Source of the DNA: Phoronis australis
Lineage: Eukaryota > Animalia > Phoronida
Reading direction: 5' to 3'
DNA length: 64,000 bases
Assembly: GCA_002633005.1 (NCBI GenBank)
Contig: NMRA01000295.1
Coordinates: 481,633 to 545,632, forward strand
Position numbers and translations under genes: made by a program. Of this stretch, positions 1 to 12,428 are shown piece by piece; position 1 is the stretch's first letter, and each line of letters begins with the position of its first letter. The notes below the pieces were generated by a model. The model made no database searches. It had not been told where the DNA came from and saw only the letters and a program-made list of their open reading frames with translations.

Positions 1-523
1 TTCAAATACGCTTAAAATTGAAATTAGATGGTGGTGGCTTTGCAGCAATAGTTTGCGTGTGTTGGTATCTATACTCATGTCGATCTTTCGCTATAATCTT
101 GCTCAGTTCAAGTCGATGAGGAACAACATTTAAAAGGTTTATTTTCGGCAGCAGATATGAGGACGAATAATTTACCAGAAAAGGGATTGTTCAACCATTG
201 CTCAGGAACTTGGTTGAACATTTGAGCCGCCAATTTGTTGAATGCACTCTCTACTAATTAGCTAGCAAGTTGCAAGGAGAAGTTGCCCTAATGGATTAAA
301 CTTTGCCAAATTTTGTTGAAGTTTTTTGAAGCTTATTTTTATCAATCATCGAACACTAAAACTTGTTTCAAAATGTTGGTGACTTTGTGTCGAGAAGGCA
401 TTTCTTTGAAATTTAGTCGCCAATACCTTGACAGCCCATGGCTTTTACACAGGCACGGGCAGTCTTCTAATCTGAACTGTTTTTCACCAATCACCTTGAC
501 GTGACCTTTCCTGTTTTTGCCAG

Positions 524-645
524 GTTTACAGGAGGAGGAGGGGTCCTCTGCATTTGCCCCCACCTGTCACAACAACTCTGAGACCTCTCACTACTGGGCC
601 GATCAGAGCACTCCTGTCAGATATGGCAACAACAAAACTAAGAAG
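524..645 (+). CDS. BLM: Internal coding exon near the C-terminus of a probable Bloom syndrome RecQ helicase (GLQEEEGSSAFAPTCHNNSETSHYWADQSTPVRYGNNKTKK)
   Basis: tttttgccag acceptor and AAG|gtagg donor; open frame joins the next exon in phase 0; TSHYWA resembles the SSHYFA motif of the vertebrate BLM tail. Confidence 0.55.
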
Positions 646-2050
646 GTAGGAGGTCTAGAATTAATTCATATGATACCCCAAACTGATGTCTGTGTCTGTG
701 AGCGTGAATTTTTGAGTGCAAAATTTTTCACTATCTGTTGCTCTTCAATACTGGTCTGAGAATGGGACTACTAAATTGGCACACAGTGCCCATTTGTTAT
801 CAATAATAAGCTGTGTTGTGGGGGATGGGTTTGGCCAGTCGGAAAGTCAAAAATGGTACAGGTGTGCATTGCCTGTGACTTGAGTTTCAGGCTATTTTTA
901 TTATCTCAGGAGTCTGGTAATGTTTATAACCCTCAGAATAAATTCAACATTGCCTTTGACAGCAGCATTTCATCTCGGCTACAGTAAAATTTCACTAAAT
1001 GTAGGACACGATATGGCAGATGATTGAAACCATAACTTTTTCATGACAGGAAAAGCGCAAAATAAACTTTAAGGCTTTATTGACTTCAAGGTGTATATTA
1101 CTTAGTTACAGTAGCGACCATCGCACTGTGAAACTGGGCATTCATGACAAAGTTTGACGTCTAAAATGAAAAATGGACGATGTTTTGCAATTAATATTTT
1201 GTCCATAATTGGTTAGGTGGTATTATTTGAAACGTGCCCATTTTTCAAGACCAGCAATCAATTAGCACCTTATTACCCAATAACTGTTCTCTGTCAATAG
1301 GATTTATGTTGTTGCTTTCAAACTAAAGTGAACATGAATCAAAATTTGACCAAGCTTTGTCGCCAAAAAATCATGACTAAATGTATTCGTTTCTTTTCAC
1401 CTAGAACACGTTTCAATTCTGGCAAATTCTCCAGCAAATTCTCAACAACAGTTTGGTTTCGCGCACTTTGTCAAAGTTGTGATAACTTGCTTGACAAGTA
1501 CTTTCACAAATAAACTATTGCATTTGGGTGCGAAAACTTAACTCATTCCAAAGTCTGACGAGGGCGCCATATTATTGTCACAAATGTTTGCGACTAATTT
1601 TAACGAGCTTGTTCAAGCTTGGTGTAGTCTGACAGAATTCTGTCAAAATTTGTCCAGTTGATTTTGAAAAATCATCTACCAGACTCACTGAACGAGAGGT
1701 GCTTTCTCGTGAGGATACTCGCAGCAAGCAGTTCTAGGGATGCCTTGCTTCCCAACAACCTCACCATTATGTACATTGCGATTTAACCAATAAACACCTG
1801 AGGTATCAAAATTTAGAATAGAAACAAAGTGGCCTTTTATTTATGAAAAAATTGATATGAACCGCAAATAGCTCCAACAACTTTATATTATTAATAATTA
1901 GAATTTATAGTGCGGTTACTGCATCTCAAGTTATGTTCAGTAAACCAATTGTCCGACTCACTCCTGGAGTGCCAGGACAGCACCCGCTACACCCCCCCCG
2001 CTTTTGTTAATGAGGCTTAGAGATAAAAAACATTCTTTGGTTATTTTCAG

Positions 2051-2151
2051 GGTGGGGGTAAGAAGAAGTTTGGTGGTAAGTCAACCAATGGCTCGTGGTT
2101 GTCTAAGAAGACCACGTTTGCTTCGCGAAAACGTCAGCAAGCCGCCAAAAA
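2051..2151 (+). CDS. BLM: Penultimate coding exon of probable BLM, basic NLS-like (GGGKKKFGGKSTNGSWLSKKTTFASRKRQQAAKK)
   Basis: ttattttcag acceptor and AA|gtatgt donor (phase 2), compatible with both neighbours; Lys/Arg-rich like the BLM C-terminal NLS region. Confidence 0.55.
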
Positions 2152-3128
2152 GTATGTACGTCTGTTAGTAAGGTAGTCCTGTTGCCGTTTCTTGTTTTAT
2201 TCCACTGTTTGAATGATTTATCAAGCAAAAGTTTCACTTAAAAAGTTCTAGTTTTCTGTGAATTGTTCCCAAGTGCTGTAATAATTAAAGGTTTCTTACA
2301 AAATTGCAAAACAATGTTGTATTTTCAAAGTCCTTGTCTTAAGACTATATTCCCACAGTTAAACACTCAGTACGCGGGATATTCTGTGTATAATTGTATA
2401 GTTCCACGGTTTGACAGTGAACACCTGGGATATTCTTTATATTACATACAAATCCAGTAGATGAACACATTGGCTTGCAAGATGTCCTAAACAGTCTAAA
2501 CTTTTTCCTGTGACACTGTTGCCAAACATTCACCTACAGTGCAAGCCAAAAGTATTCAGACAAAATGACACGGGATTCCATTTGGCATTTCAGAGGTGCA
2601 AATGTCTCACGGACAAAATCTTGGCTTATAATGCCCTGCCCCCCCACCCTAACTCAAACTCCTGGACCCGTCCCTGACAGCTGTGTGGAAGTCAAATTCA
2701 TTGTCAGCGTAGCTTTCTCTTGTGGCCGAGAATAAATGGACATTAATAGGACCGTTACTACTAAAGGTGGCGTAGATATTTTGTAATGTCGCCCCAGAAG
2801 TTATTCCCTGTCATTTTTGCTGTTAACAGTTAACTGTCATTGTGGAAAAACGCTTTTTTGTTTGATAACTTTTGTCCTGTACTGTAGAGGCACAACTGCA
2901 ACCTGCAGTTTACAGTACTTTCATCTCAACATCCTCTTAGCAAAGAACTGATACAAGTACAAATTATTTGAGAGAAATGTCGTGTTTCAAGGGAAGTGTA
3001 CGGACAATTAGAGTGTACGAAGTGTTAGAGAAATGACCGTAGTCCAAACACAGTGAAATCGTTATTTGCACTTCTCAGTACCATGTTCTAAAGCTCACAT
3101 TTGTTGGGGAATAATGTTTTTCACTAAG

Positions 3129-3309
3129 TCCCGTATACTGCATAGTGAGGTTATAGGTCACAGATATTTTGTTGAACAAGCAACTGTATGGTATTGCCAG
3201 GGAGTGGGCAGCAAAATCAGTCCCGTATACTGCATAGTGAGGTTATAGGTCACAGATATTTTGTTGAACAAGCAACTGTATGGTATTGCCAGGGAGTGGG
3301 CAGCAAAAT
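3129..3309. repeat. Two tandem copies of a ~91-bp unit (gtcccgtatactgcatagtgagg...gggagtgggcagcaaaat)
   Basis: Direct reading: the unit is repeated and ends at the N. Confidence 0.9.
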
Positions 3310-3342
3310 NAGAGATGAAAAACATTCTTTGGTTATTTTCAG

Positions 3343-3443
3343 GGTGGGGGTAAGAAGAAGTTTGGTGGTAAGTCAACCAATGGCTCGTGGCTGTCTAAGA
3401 AGACCACGTTTGCTTCGCGAAAACGTCAGCAAGCCGCCAAAAA
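3343..3443 (+). CDS. BLM: Redundant (allelic or assembly) copy of the penultimate BLM exon
   Basis: Same splice sites and same peptide as 2051-2151 with one synonymous change; 101 nt, so including both copies would frameshift. Confidence 0.45.
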
Positions 3444-3880
3444 GTATGTATGTCAGTTAGTAAGGTAGTCCTGTTGCCATTTCTTGTTTTATTCCACTGT
3501 TTGAATGATTTATCAAGCAAAAGTTTCACTAAAAAAGTTCCAGTTTTCTGTGAATTGTTCCCAAGTGCTGTAATAATTAAAGGTTTCTTACAAAATTGCA
3601 AAACAATGTTGTATTTTCAAAGTCCTTGTCTTAAGACTATATTCCCACAGTTAAACACTCAGTACGCGGGATATTCTGTGTATAATTGTATAGTTCCAGG
3701 GAGTGGGCAGCAAAATCAGAAATATTTCCAACCCTACTTACAGTCTTATTGATACAGTTTTGTGAAAGATGGCAATAGCAGGACTAAACCCTACATTTGT
3801 TATGATTGATTTTTATTGTCCTGTAGTTATATAAACTGATCAGGGATTATGTGCGTGAATACCTTCTCGTATGTTCACAG

Positions 3881-4073
3881 AGGAAGCAGAGCGAATGCAC
3901 AAAAGAGAGCCACCTCGAACACTGCAGGGACAAGCTCATCGATGTCACGATTCAAGTACACTGGCCCAACAGCTGCCTCTGTGGGAGCAAGAGGGGGACA
4001 GGCGAAGCCGGGCATGCTACCTGTCCCGGTCACTCGGAGACCCTTTCTGAACTACAGCACTGGCATGAGTTAG
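3881..4073 (+). CDS. BLM: Terminal coding exon of probable BLM (...GQAKPGMLPVPVTRRPFLNYSTGMS*)
   Basis: ttcacag acceptor in phase 2; TAG stop at 4071-4073; C-terminus resembles human BLM [23 protein letters not shown]; aataaa at ~4481. Confidence 0.6.
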
Positions 4074-5990
4074 CATCGGCAATTGAATATTTGTAACTTC
4101 TCAGTTGCTGCAGGTGGCTCATAAAATGCTGCACTGTTGTATTTTGGTCTTGCCTGGTGTATACACGTGCCACTCAGCTGTGTAGACACTTTTGTGTATA
4201 AAGATTCACAAAACATGGCTTTCATGCTAGACTAGCTACATTCTAGGTCAGGTAAATGTTAGACTTGTTCTTTTAGTTGTGCAGGTTCATAAACCACCAC
4301 CTCTTTGCTGTCACAGAATCTGAAAGAATGTCATAGAAAAGGCCATTATGAAAATATTTGTTTACTTAGCCCCATCATCCATCTGAGTTAAGTCTGGTCT
4401 GGGATAAAATTTTTTCGTCAGCGCATATTAATTTCTTTGCAAATTTTCTTCTCAAAGCTGTCGTGTTTTGTCAGATTTCAAATAAAATGTTTTTGTCCGG
4501 AGCTTGGAATTTTCCTCTCTTAAGAGGATTTCCTCTTTTCTAGTTTCGATTTCCTCTTTTAATTTTCAGTTTCTTCTTAAGTTATTTGTTCTCATTTTTA
4601 TCATTATTTTGTCTTCATTCATGCAAAAACATATATTTCAATTAAATTTTACAACACAAAAAGTGTTTGTATCACACAAGCCTATTTATTTGAGGAACAA
4701 TACTTCACTTGGAAAATTTTTCCTCTTTTTGTCATTGGTCATTCCAAGTCCTATGCGTCACGCTCGTGTTTTACGGTTGTTGCAAACTGGCTACATTAAA
4801 TTTGTGAATGCCCCTGGCTTTTCACACAATACTGTCTAATGGCAGCCGTGGTACTTCATATGCTGCAGCTGCTCAATAATAATTTACGTAAATGTATATT
4901 CAGTTGTCCTCCGTGCTGTGCTCGAAATTACGAGTGACATGACTTAGATTTAGCATGAAGGTGTCTTCCATTATGTTGATACGATCAAGTCTATTTTATT
5001 ATGTATGTAATTCATCTGTTGTTAATGTAATATGTATTTAAGATTGTTGTTCAAACGTGAGAGTTCACATATTACAACATAGAAAATTTCTCACACCCCC
5101 TCCCCCTCTGTCTTTACCCGTCATCATGATACAAACGCCCCACCCCCCAATGTAGTTTGTTTGATAGCTCCGGCTTAATAACTTCACAAAATCTTTCCAA
5201 TTCAAGGAAGTAATCTGGATTTCAAAAAAGGGCACCCAAAATGGGCTTCCCCATTATTTTAAGACGTCCATGACCAATTACGCACGAGTGCATTGTTATG
5301 ACCCCAAGTCAGATTGTTATTATAGAGTCAGTTGTTACTATTAAGACAAGGATCTGCAATAAAGTTTATCATGTAGTACATCACATCTTCAAATTTTTAT
5401 TCTGGACCTGGACTGGCTAATGAACCCTCCACAGCTGATGTTAACAAATTAAAAAGGAAACACCAATGCCTACTTGAGCCTACAAATGATGCACAGGGCA
5501 TCCCAGTTTGTGTGTCTGAATTTGAGTAAGGATGTTCATTTGCCCCCACCCCCACTTAGTGGAAAATTCAAACCAGATTCAGGAATATTCAGTTGTACTC
5601 ACAATGCTAAAAAAAACGCGGCAGGGAATACATGAGCCCTCGAGGAACATGTTCAACAACCCAAGTTGTCAGAACACGACAATGTACATAAATTAAGCAC
5701 ATGCAGCCGTGTGAGAAACGAGAAATTTTTTTCGAAAAAAAATTCAGAATACAAGGGCATGGATACAAATACGCCACCGTGTGGTGTATATTACTTGCCC
5801 GTCAACAGGAAATTTCCTTTTATAACAAATACCAAATACACATAAATCTTGTGAACGACTTGAAACACGACACTTTTCAAGAGGGTTTATTAAATTTTGT
5901 GCATTTTCATTCATGGCATTAACAACAACTAGAGCACAACAAAAAATTCCAGCCCAATATACACACTACACAATTTTTCAACATCCTATC

Positions 5991-7202
5991 CTAGACCACA
6001 TTCTTTTCCTGACTAGTGACTAAATATACCGTCTGTGTTTCTCCCTCTTGGGAAGAGACTAAGCTGGCAGTAATCATATTGTTATCTGTCTCTTGTAGCG
6101 ACATACGCTCGCCAACCAAATGTTGATCATAGTGTTGCCTCAGACCGTCTGAACTAGCGAAATATTTGTCACACACTGGACACCTGACAATCTTAGATGC
6201 ATCCCCGCTCGCGTGCTTCTTCACTGTGTGTCTTTTCAGGTCAGTGCTGGCGATGAACTTTTCATCACACAGGTGACACTCGTATGGCCTCTCTCCAGTG
6301 TGCAGTCGCTGGTGCAGTGTCAGGTTGCATTTGCGGTTGAACTGCTTTTGGCAGACGTCGCACACAAACCGCTTCTTGCCCTCATGCTTCTGTTTGTGGA
6401 TAATCAGCGTGGTGCGGTAGAGGAAGGCTTCCTCGCATTGGTTGCATTTGTATGGCCTAACGTTGTTGTGCAAGTTCTTGTGCCGACGCAGAGTCTCCTT
6501 CTGAGTGAATGTCCGATTGCACTCTCCACACTTGTATGGCTTCATACTGCAGTGATTGCGCCGATGGCTTGACAGGAGGTGTGGCTTGGAGAACTCCTTC
6601 TCGCAGAACTTGCACTTAAGCACCCTCTTCGACGGCACAATGATCACATTGGTGCCGCCGAGCTTGAGACAACACCGTTTGCTGGCAGGAAAACGATTGG
6701 CTGGCTGCTCACAAGCCTCGTTTGACATAACAACAGCATTCTGTTGAATACTATATGTGTGCATGTGCGTTCCGTCGCAGAACGACAATGTTAGATTTAC
6801 TTCTGGGTCCCGTTTGGCCATTTTCTTATTTAATTTTTTCTTGTTGTGCTTAATATCTATCTTACTGTCTGTCACTTGCAGAAAAATATTTGTAGTGTCT
6901 TTCTTCTCTACTTCACTCTCGCACTGATCACTCTGTGAGATATCTGCGCTGACTATCTCCTGAGAATTGTCCTCCACCACACTACTTTCAACGGGTAAGC
7001 CAGTGTCCAGGCCTATCGTGGGGATGCCCTCTTCTGTCACAATGATCACTGTCCGAGACTCTTTGCCATTTTTGGACAGCTGGGTGTCGATATAGTTCTC
7101 ACTGGGCACCACAGTCTCCAAGTTCACACCGTCATTTGCATCGGTTACTTGGCTTGACCTCTGTAGTATATCATGGATTAAGCTGTATACTTTGTCACCC
7201 AT
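5991..7202 (-). CDS. C2H2 zinc-finger protein, 403 aa, single coding exon, six Kruppel-type fingers after an acidic N-terminal region
   Basis: Six C-x2-C-x12-H-x3/4-H motifs, including a TGERP linker. The ORF-track TTG start (7265) is preceded by an in-frame TGA, so the first ATG (7202, MGDKVY) is taken as the start; an upstream acceptor near 7296 implies a spliced 5' UTR. Confidence 0.9.
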   Translation of the reverse strand: MGDKVYSLIHDILQRSSQVTDANDGVNLETVVPSENYIDTQLSKNGKESRTVIIVTEEGIPTIGLDTGLPVESSVVEDNSQEIVSADISQSDQCESEVEKKDTTNIFLQVTDSKIDIKHNKKKLNKKMAKRDPEVNLTLSFCDGTHMHTYSIQQNAVVMSNEACEQPANRFPASKRCCLKLGGTNVIIVPSKRVLKCKFCEKEFSKPHLLSSHRRNHCSMKPYKCGECNRTFTQKETLRRHKNLHNNVRPYKCNQCEEAFLYRTTLIIHKQKHEGKKRFVCDVCQKQFNRKCNLTLHQRLHTGERPYECHLCDEKFIASTDLKRHTVKKHASGDASKIVRCPVCDKYFASSDGLRQHYDQHLVGERMSLQETDNNMITASLVSSQEGETQTVYLVTSQEKNVV

Positions 7203-8237
7203 CTGGGAATAGATAACAAGACCAGTTGCAGCGGTTAAGTTTAAGGTATCAATGCTAGTCTTCAATCACACCACCTGTTTGTCAGACTGCAAGACCTGAA
7301 CTTATTTAAAGCCTGAATATATCTCTGTCTCAATCAGGTCATGGACATGGGGCGTCAAGCAACGTATGCTGCCTCAGCTAAAGCGACCGTGGCTCTATGG
7401 TAAAAAATCTCTAGTTTGAGATGAGAAATTTAAGTATTTTGCTCAATGTCAGACCTTGTACCAAATTTTAGAAATAGGCAATACTGGCCATCCCAAATGC
7501 TTTAATGGTCAGCAAACCGAAATTCTCAAGAAATTTTGCACTAGCTCACGAAAAATTAAGTCAATCCCACATTGTTCGCTCCTTGTGTTTTCACTTTGTA
7601 TAACTTTCATGTAACAAAGAAAAGTCTGCCATCGACTTGAAAACAGTACACTCATGACAAGCGGCGTCAAGAGCATGCACCACTTGCTATTTTTAGCAGA
7701 ATCATTTGAGAGCTGATCAGACAACTTCACTGGTTGAATTCATAGTATTTCCTGAAAAAGCTGTTTTATAATTGGTATGACCAAAAACTTACAAAATGAA
7801 ACCAATTCCAAAAATTTGTTGTGACGTATACACAACTTTGTGGAGGAAGAGCAGTTGAATGAAAATCGCCAAAAAATGAACAATATATGATGCTCTATTT
7901 CATGGCACCGACTGAAAACTGATGCATAAGACAACTTAGCAGTATTCTAGCATACATAACTAATTTAATTTACACAAGATTGTAATTTTTAGTAACATTA
8001 ATTTGCTGTCGGACTATATTTGGCCATTTTTTTACACACAACTACAATTAGTCATACACAGTTGGCTAGCTCACCAGTGATGAGAGAACCTATGCTGTGT
8101 CTGAAGTATAGAGTGTATGTTGTACACCACCTAGGTGACACCATTGCCTAATCAACCTCGCATGTCGGAGGATCTTTGGCAAATTATGCTTAACCCTGGC
8201 TAAGCTATGAAAGATATCATGTACCTAACGAGTACAN

Positions 8238-8922
8238 TGCACTCTCCACACTTGTATGGCTTCATACTGCAGTGATTGCGCCGATGGCTTGACAGGAGGT
8301 GTGGCTTGGAGAACTCCTTCTCGCAGAACTTGCACTTAAGCACCCTCTTCGACGGCACAATGATCACATTGGTGCCGCCGAGCTTGAGACAACACCGTTT
8401 GCTGGCAGGAAAACGATTGGCTGGCTGCTCACAAGCCTCGTTTGACATAACAACAGCATTCTGTTGAATACTATATGTGTGCATGTGCGTTCCGTCGCAG
8501 AACGACAATGTTAGATTTACTTCTGGGTCCCGTTTGGCCATTTTCTTATTTAATTTTTTCTTGTTGTGCTTAATATCTATCTTACTGTCTGTCACTTGCA
8601 GAAAAATATTTGTAGTGTCTTTCTTCTCTACTTCACTCTCGCACTGATCACTCTGTGAGATATCTGCGCTGACTATCTCCTGAGAATTATCATCCACCAC
8701 ACTACTTTCAACGGGTAAGCCAGTGTCCAGGCTTATCGTGGGGATGCCCTCTTCTGTCACAATGATCACTGTCCGAGACTCTTTGCCATTTTTGGACAGC
8801 TGGGTGTCGATATAGTTCTCACTGGGCACCACAGTCTCCAAGTTCACACTGTCATTTGCATCGGTTACTTGGCTTGACCTCTGTAGTATATCATGGATTA
8901 AGCTGTATACTTTGTCACCCAT
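8238..8922 (-). other. Second, truncated haplotype copy of the 5' part of the zinc-finger CDS (cut at the N at 8237)
   Basis: 8238-9218 matches 6518-7498 with few SNPs (G->S twice, E->D); 7499-8236 matches ~10413-11204; the break is exactly at a single N. Confidence 0.8.
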
Positions 8923-11296
8923 CTGGGAATAGATAACAAGACCAGTTGCAGCGGTTAAGTTTAAGGTATCAATGCTAGTCTTCAATCACACCACCTGTTT
9001 GTCAGACTGCAAGACCTGTACTTATTTAAAGCCTGAATATATCTCTGTCTCAATCAGGTCATGGACATTGGGGCGTCAAGCAACGTATGCTGCCTCGGCT
9101 AAAGCGACCGTGGCTTTATGGTAAAAAAACTCTAGTTTGAGATGAGGAAATTAACTATTTTGCTCAATGTCAGACCTTGTACCAAATTTTAGAAATAGGC
9201 AATACTGGCCATCCCAAATTCAAGAATTACAAACAATATTTAATGATTGCTCACCATCATGTTACACAATACTGAAGCATTTTCAATCAATTATGAGTTG
9301 CAATGTCTATTTTCAGACTCTGCTGATACAAAATGCTATGTGGGATATTTGAGAATATGTTGAATGCCAAAATCAAACGTCCCAGTCTTCAGAATCAAGA
9401 AATCTCGATTTTGGATTGAATTTCTCTGTTCCAAGATTTAGACACTGTTCCAAATGGGAGAATTTTTGCTGTAACTCAGCAATTCAATCACACTAAATGG
9501 AAGTGCCTTATCCCCATTCAAAAGTGTGAGTCCAAGAAAACATTCTGATGTAACTTGGTGCATCGATGTTCAGACTTTTAATAATTAAATAATTACAGCT
9601 AACATCACGCGGCCCTACAGGTGGCACAAATGGAGACCTATAAAGATTATCGTAAAATCTCACCACAAGACGCAACATGGTCAACGAGAGAAATTTATTT
9701 CTAATAATGATCTTTTCCATGAAACATGTTGCACCAAATTGTTTTCATTATGGTTTTCTGTGTTTAAGATTTAGACATTGTACCACAGCTGCTATTGGAC
9801 ATGGTTTAGAAAAATTCTGGACATTCACAGCGTCGTTAGAAATGTTTTTGACATAAAAAATGGCATTTCTGGTAATTATTTTTGCCCCAAATAAGTGCGA
9901 TTTTGTCAGCGAACAATCGTTTTCAGAAGAGACAGGACACTCATCAACAGACCTCTGTGACAAAGGGCAAAGAACTGCCAAACTTTGACTGAGTGAATGA
10001 GATTATGGGAGAACCTTATGGCTATGAAAGAGTTTTGTCATTGAACTATTCACAATTGATGAGACATGACCACCTGTTGCAATTTTCATAAACAGTTGGC
10101 AAATGGAAAGAAATCTAAACAGTCAAGCAAACAAGCCTGAAATTTTTAATTCACTTCCAGTTAATTACAACTAGTTCTAATGAAATGGATACTTATTCAC
10201 ACTTGTACATATTGGATAATGTACCCTAACTTATACACTGTTCAGTACGCTAATGCACCAGTGAAAAGAGTGTCATTAGTCTGCAAATCATTGGCGTTAT
10301 TAACCAATCTCTCTTTTCACAGATACTTCAATTCACTGTTCATTTTTCACAAACTTGCTCATAGTTCACTACAAATTATTTGAAGTGGTTGCACTTCACT
10401 AGTAATTTAGAGTGCTTTAATGGTCAGCAAACCGAAATTCTCAAGAAATTTTGCACTAGCTCATGAAAAATTAAGTCAATCCCACATTGTTCGCTCCTTG
10501 TGTTTTCAATTTGTATAACTTTCATGTAACAAAGAAAAGTCTGTCATCGACTTGAAAACAGTACACTCATGACAAGCGACGTCAAGAGCATGCGCCACTT
10601 GCTATTTTTAGCAGAATCGTTTGAGAGCTGATGACAACTTCACTGGTTGAATTCATAGTATTTCCTGAAAAAGCTGTTTTATAATTGGTATGACCAAAAA
10701 CTTACAAAATGAAACCAATTCCAATAATTTGTTGTGACGTATACACAACTTTGTGGAGGAAGAGCAGTTGAATGAAAATCGCCAAAAAATGAACAATATA
10801 TGATGCTCTATTTCATGGCACCGACTGCATTCTAGCATACATTACTAATTTAATTTACACAAGACTGTAATTTTTAGTAACATTAATTTGCTGTCGGATT
10901 ATATTTGGCCATTTTTTTTACACACAACTACAATTAGTCATACACAGTTGGCTAGCTCGCCAGTGATGAGAGAACCTATGCTGTGTCTGAAGTATATAGT
11001 GTATGTTGTACACACAACTACAATAACAGTTGGCTAGCTCGCCAGTGATGAGAGAACCTATGCTGTGTCTGAAGTATATAGTGTATGTTGTACACCGCCT
11101 AGGTGACACCATTGCCTAATCAACCTCGCACGTCAGAGGATCTTTGGCAAATTATTCTTAACCCTGGCTAAGCTATGAAAGATATAATGTACCTAACGAG
11201 TACAGGTGGATACCTTTGCAGTAGGCTGGAGTATTTAAATCCTTTCAAATCGATCAAGTACTCCCACAACCAACATTTTTGTCAAACAATCTTATG

Positions 11297-11803
11297 TTCA
11301 GTTACCCAAACCACAGGCGTCCTCAGCTTCTGATCGTCCCTAATACTCTTACATATACTACAAGGTATGACACTTGGGACTAGAAATTACATGGGTGCTT
11401 CAATTCAGCTGTCCATATCAAACACAGAACTAAATAAATTTTCAAAACGGGTTCAACAAACTATGAGCGGTGTAACTGCTCCAGTGAGTTTGCAAGAAAT
11501 TCGCGGTCAAAGCAAAAAAATCTTCCCAAAAAACTCATGCGGACTAACTCCTCTGTCCCACGGAAATTGCTGGTTTGTCACAGCATATCAAGACATCGAT
11601 ACCTCCACACTTAGCCAGACCATTTCGTAACCTTCTGTCATGAACCGGCATGCCGTCTATTCGTAACTCATCGGATAATTCCGTACCTTACTTGACCTTG
11701 AACTGACTTGCATGGGACAGGTGTCATACCTTGTAGTATGTATATAGAGTGTTTAGGAGACGATCAGAAGCTGAGAACATCTGTGACCCAAACCGGAAAC
11801 TGA
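11297..11803. mobile_element. MITE-like element with ~55-80 bp terminal inverted repeats; its interior is related to ~21800-22110
   Basis: ctcagcttctgatcgtc...actacaaggtatgacac (11322-11373) is the reverse complement of 11721-11775. Confidence 0.7.
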
Positions 11804-12217
11804 GCCATTCCTGTTTCGATTGCATCACTGTACATGCCTATGACTATAGCATGTAAATTTTTAAACAACACTGAGATCAAAGTCCGTGACCTCTGGAGTT
11901 TGCTAGTGTTTGAAACATTGTTTCCATGGTTGTACCTCACAGACGTGGACAAAATGGCATCGTTGACGATGGAAAAGATGCTAGACAGAAACCTTAATTA
12001 CTCCAAAAGTATTTGTTTGTACTACATAAGGAATTAACAACATCAATCGTGACCTTCAAAGGTGCTTTCTGTGCTAGACACGTATTATATTTATAGCAGC
12101 GTGATTTTGATGACTTAGCTGTGTAGCCAATGTGAGGCAAAATTTGACGAAAAGCTTGGGGCCTGCAGTGCAGGTCGCCAAATCGAGTACTGGACTGTAA
12201 TCTGCCTTCCGTTTAGT

Positions 12218-12289
12218 CACAGGCACCTTTAAGTAGCCCTCAACCATATTATTTAGTGTATAGTTGAGGGCTGATCAAAGGTGCCTGTG
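12218..12289. repeat. 72-bp hairpin (mini foldback element)
   Basis: cacaggcaccttt / aaaggtgcctgtg and agccctcaac / gttgagggct stems. Confidence 0.75.
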
Positions 12290-12428
12290 GTTCAGTAACG
12301 CTAGGACTTCGCTTAAAAGCAAGACTTCGCAAGATTACATGAGTCATTGCCGTGTATTTTTAAAGACAGTACGTGACGTTGACTAGATTTTCGTTAGGAC
12401 CTAGCGTAGGTCCTAGGCGTTACTGAAC
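12290..12428. mobile_element. Small MITE with TIR gttcagtaacgctaggac / gtcctaggcgttactgaac, interrupted at its right end by the 2.7-kb element
   Basis: Inverted termini read directly. Confidence 0.6.

Larger units (their letters stand above)
2019..3696. repeat. Near-identical direct duplication (about 2019-2405 vs 3311-3696) across the single N at 3310; probably two haplotypes or a contig overlap
   Basis: Only a few substitutions between copies; the second copy starts immediately after the N. Confidence 0.85.

Noticed and set aside
6213-6747. Plus-strand ORFs overlapping the zinc-finger CDS, and minus-strand ORFs over ACSBG exons
   Set aside because: Antisense shadows of real coding sequence with no independent motifs or splice support
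7203-7265. N-terminal MKTSIDTLNLTAATGLVIYSQ extension of the zinc-finger ORF
   Set aside because: Depends on a TTG start, which is unlikely in an animal nuclear gene, and is preceded by an in-frame stop
8200-8985. A second zinc-finger paralogue or truncated pseudogene (261-aa ORF)
   Set aside because: Near-identical to 5991-7265 and truncated exactly at a single N; best explained as haplotype redundancy
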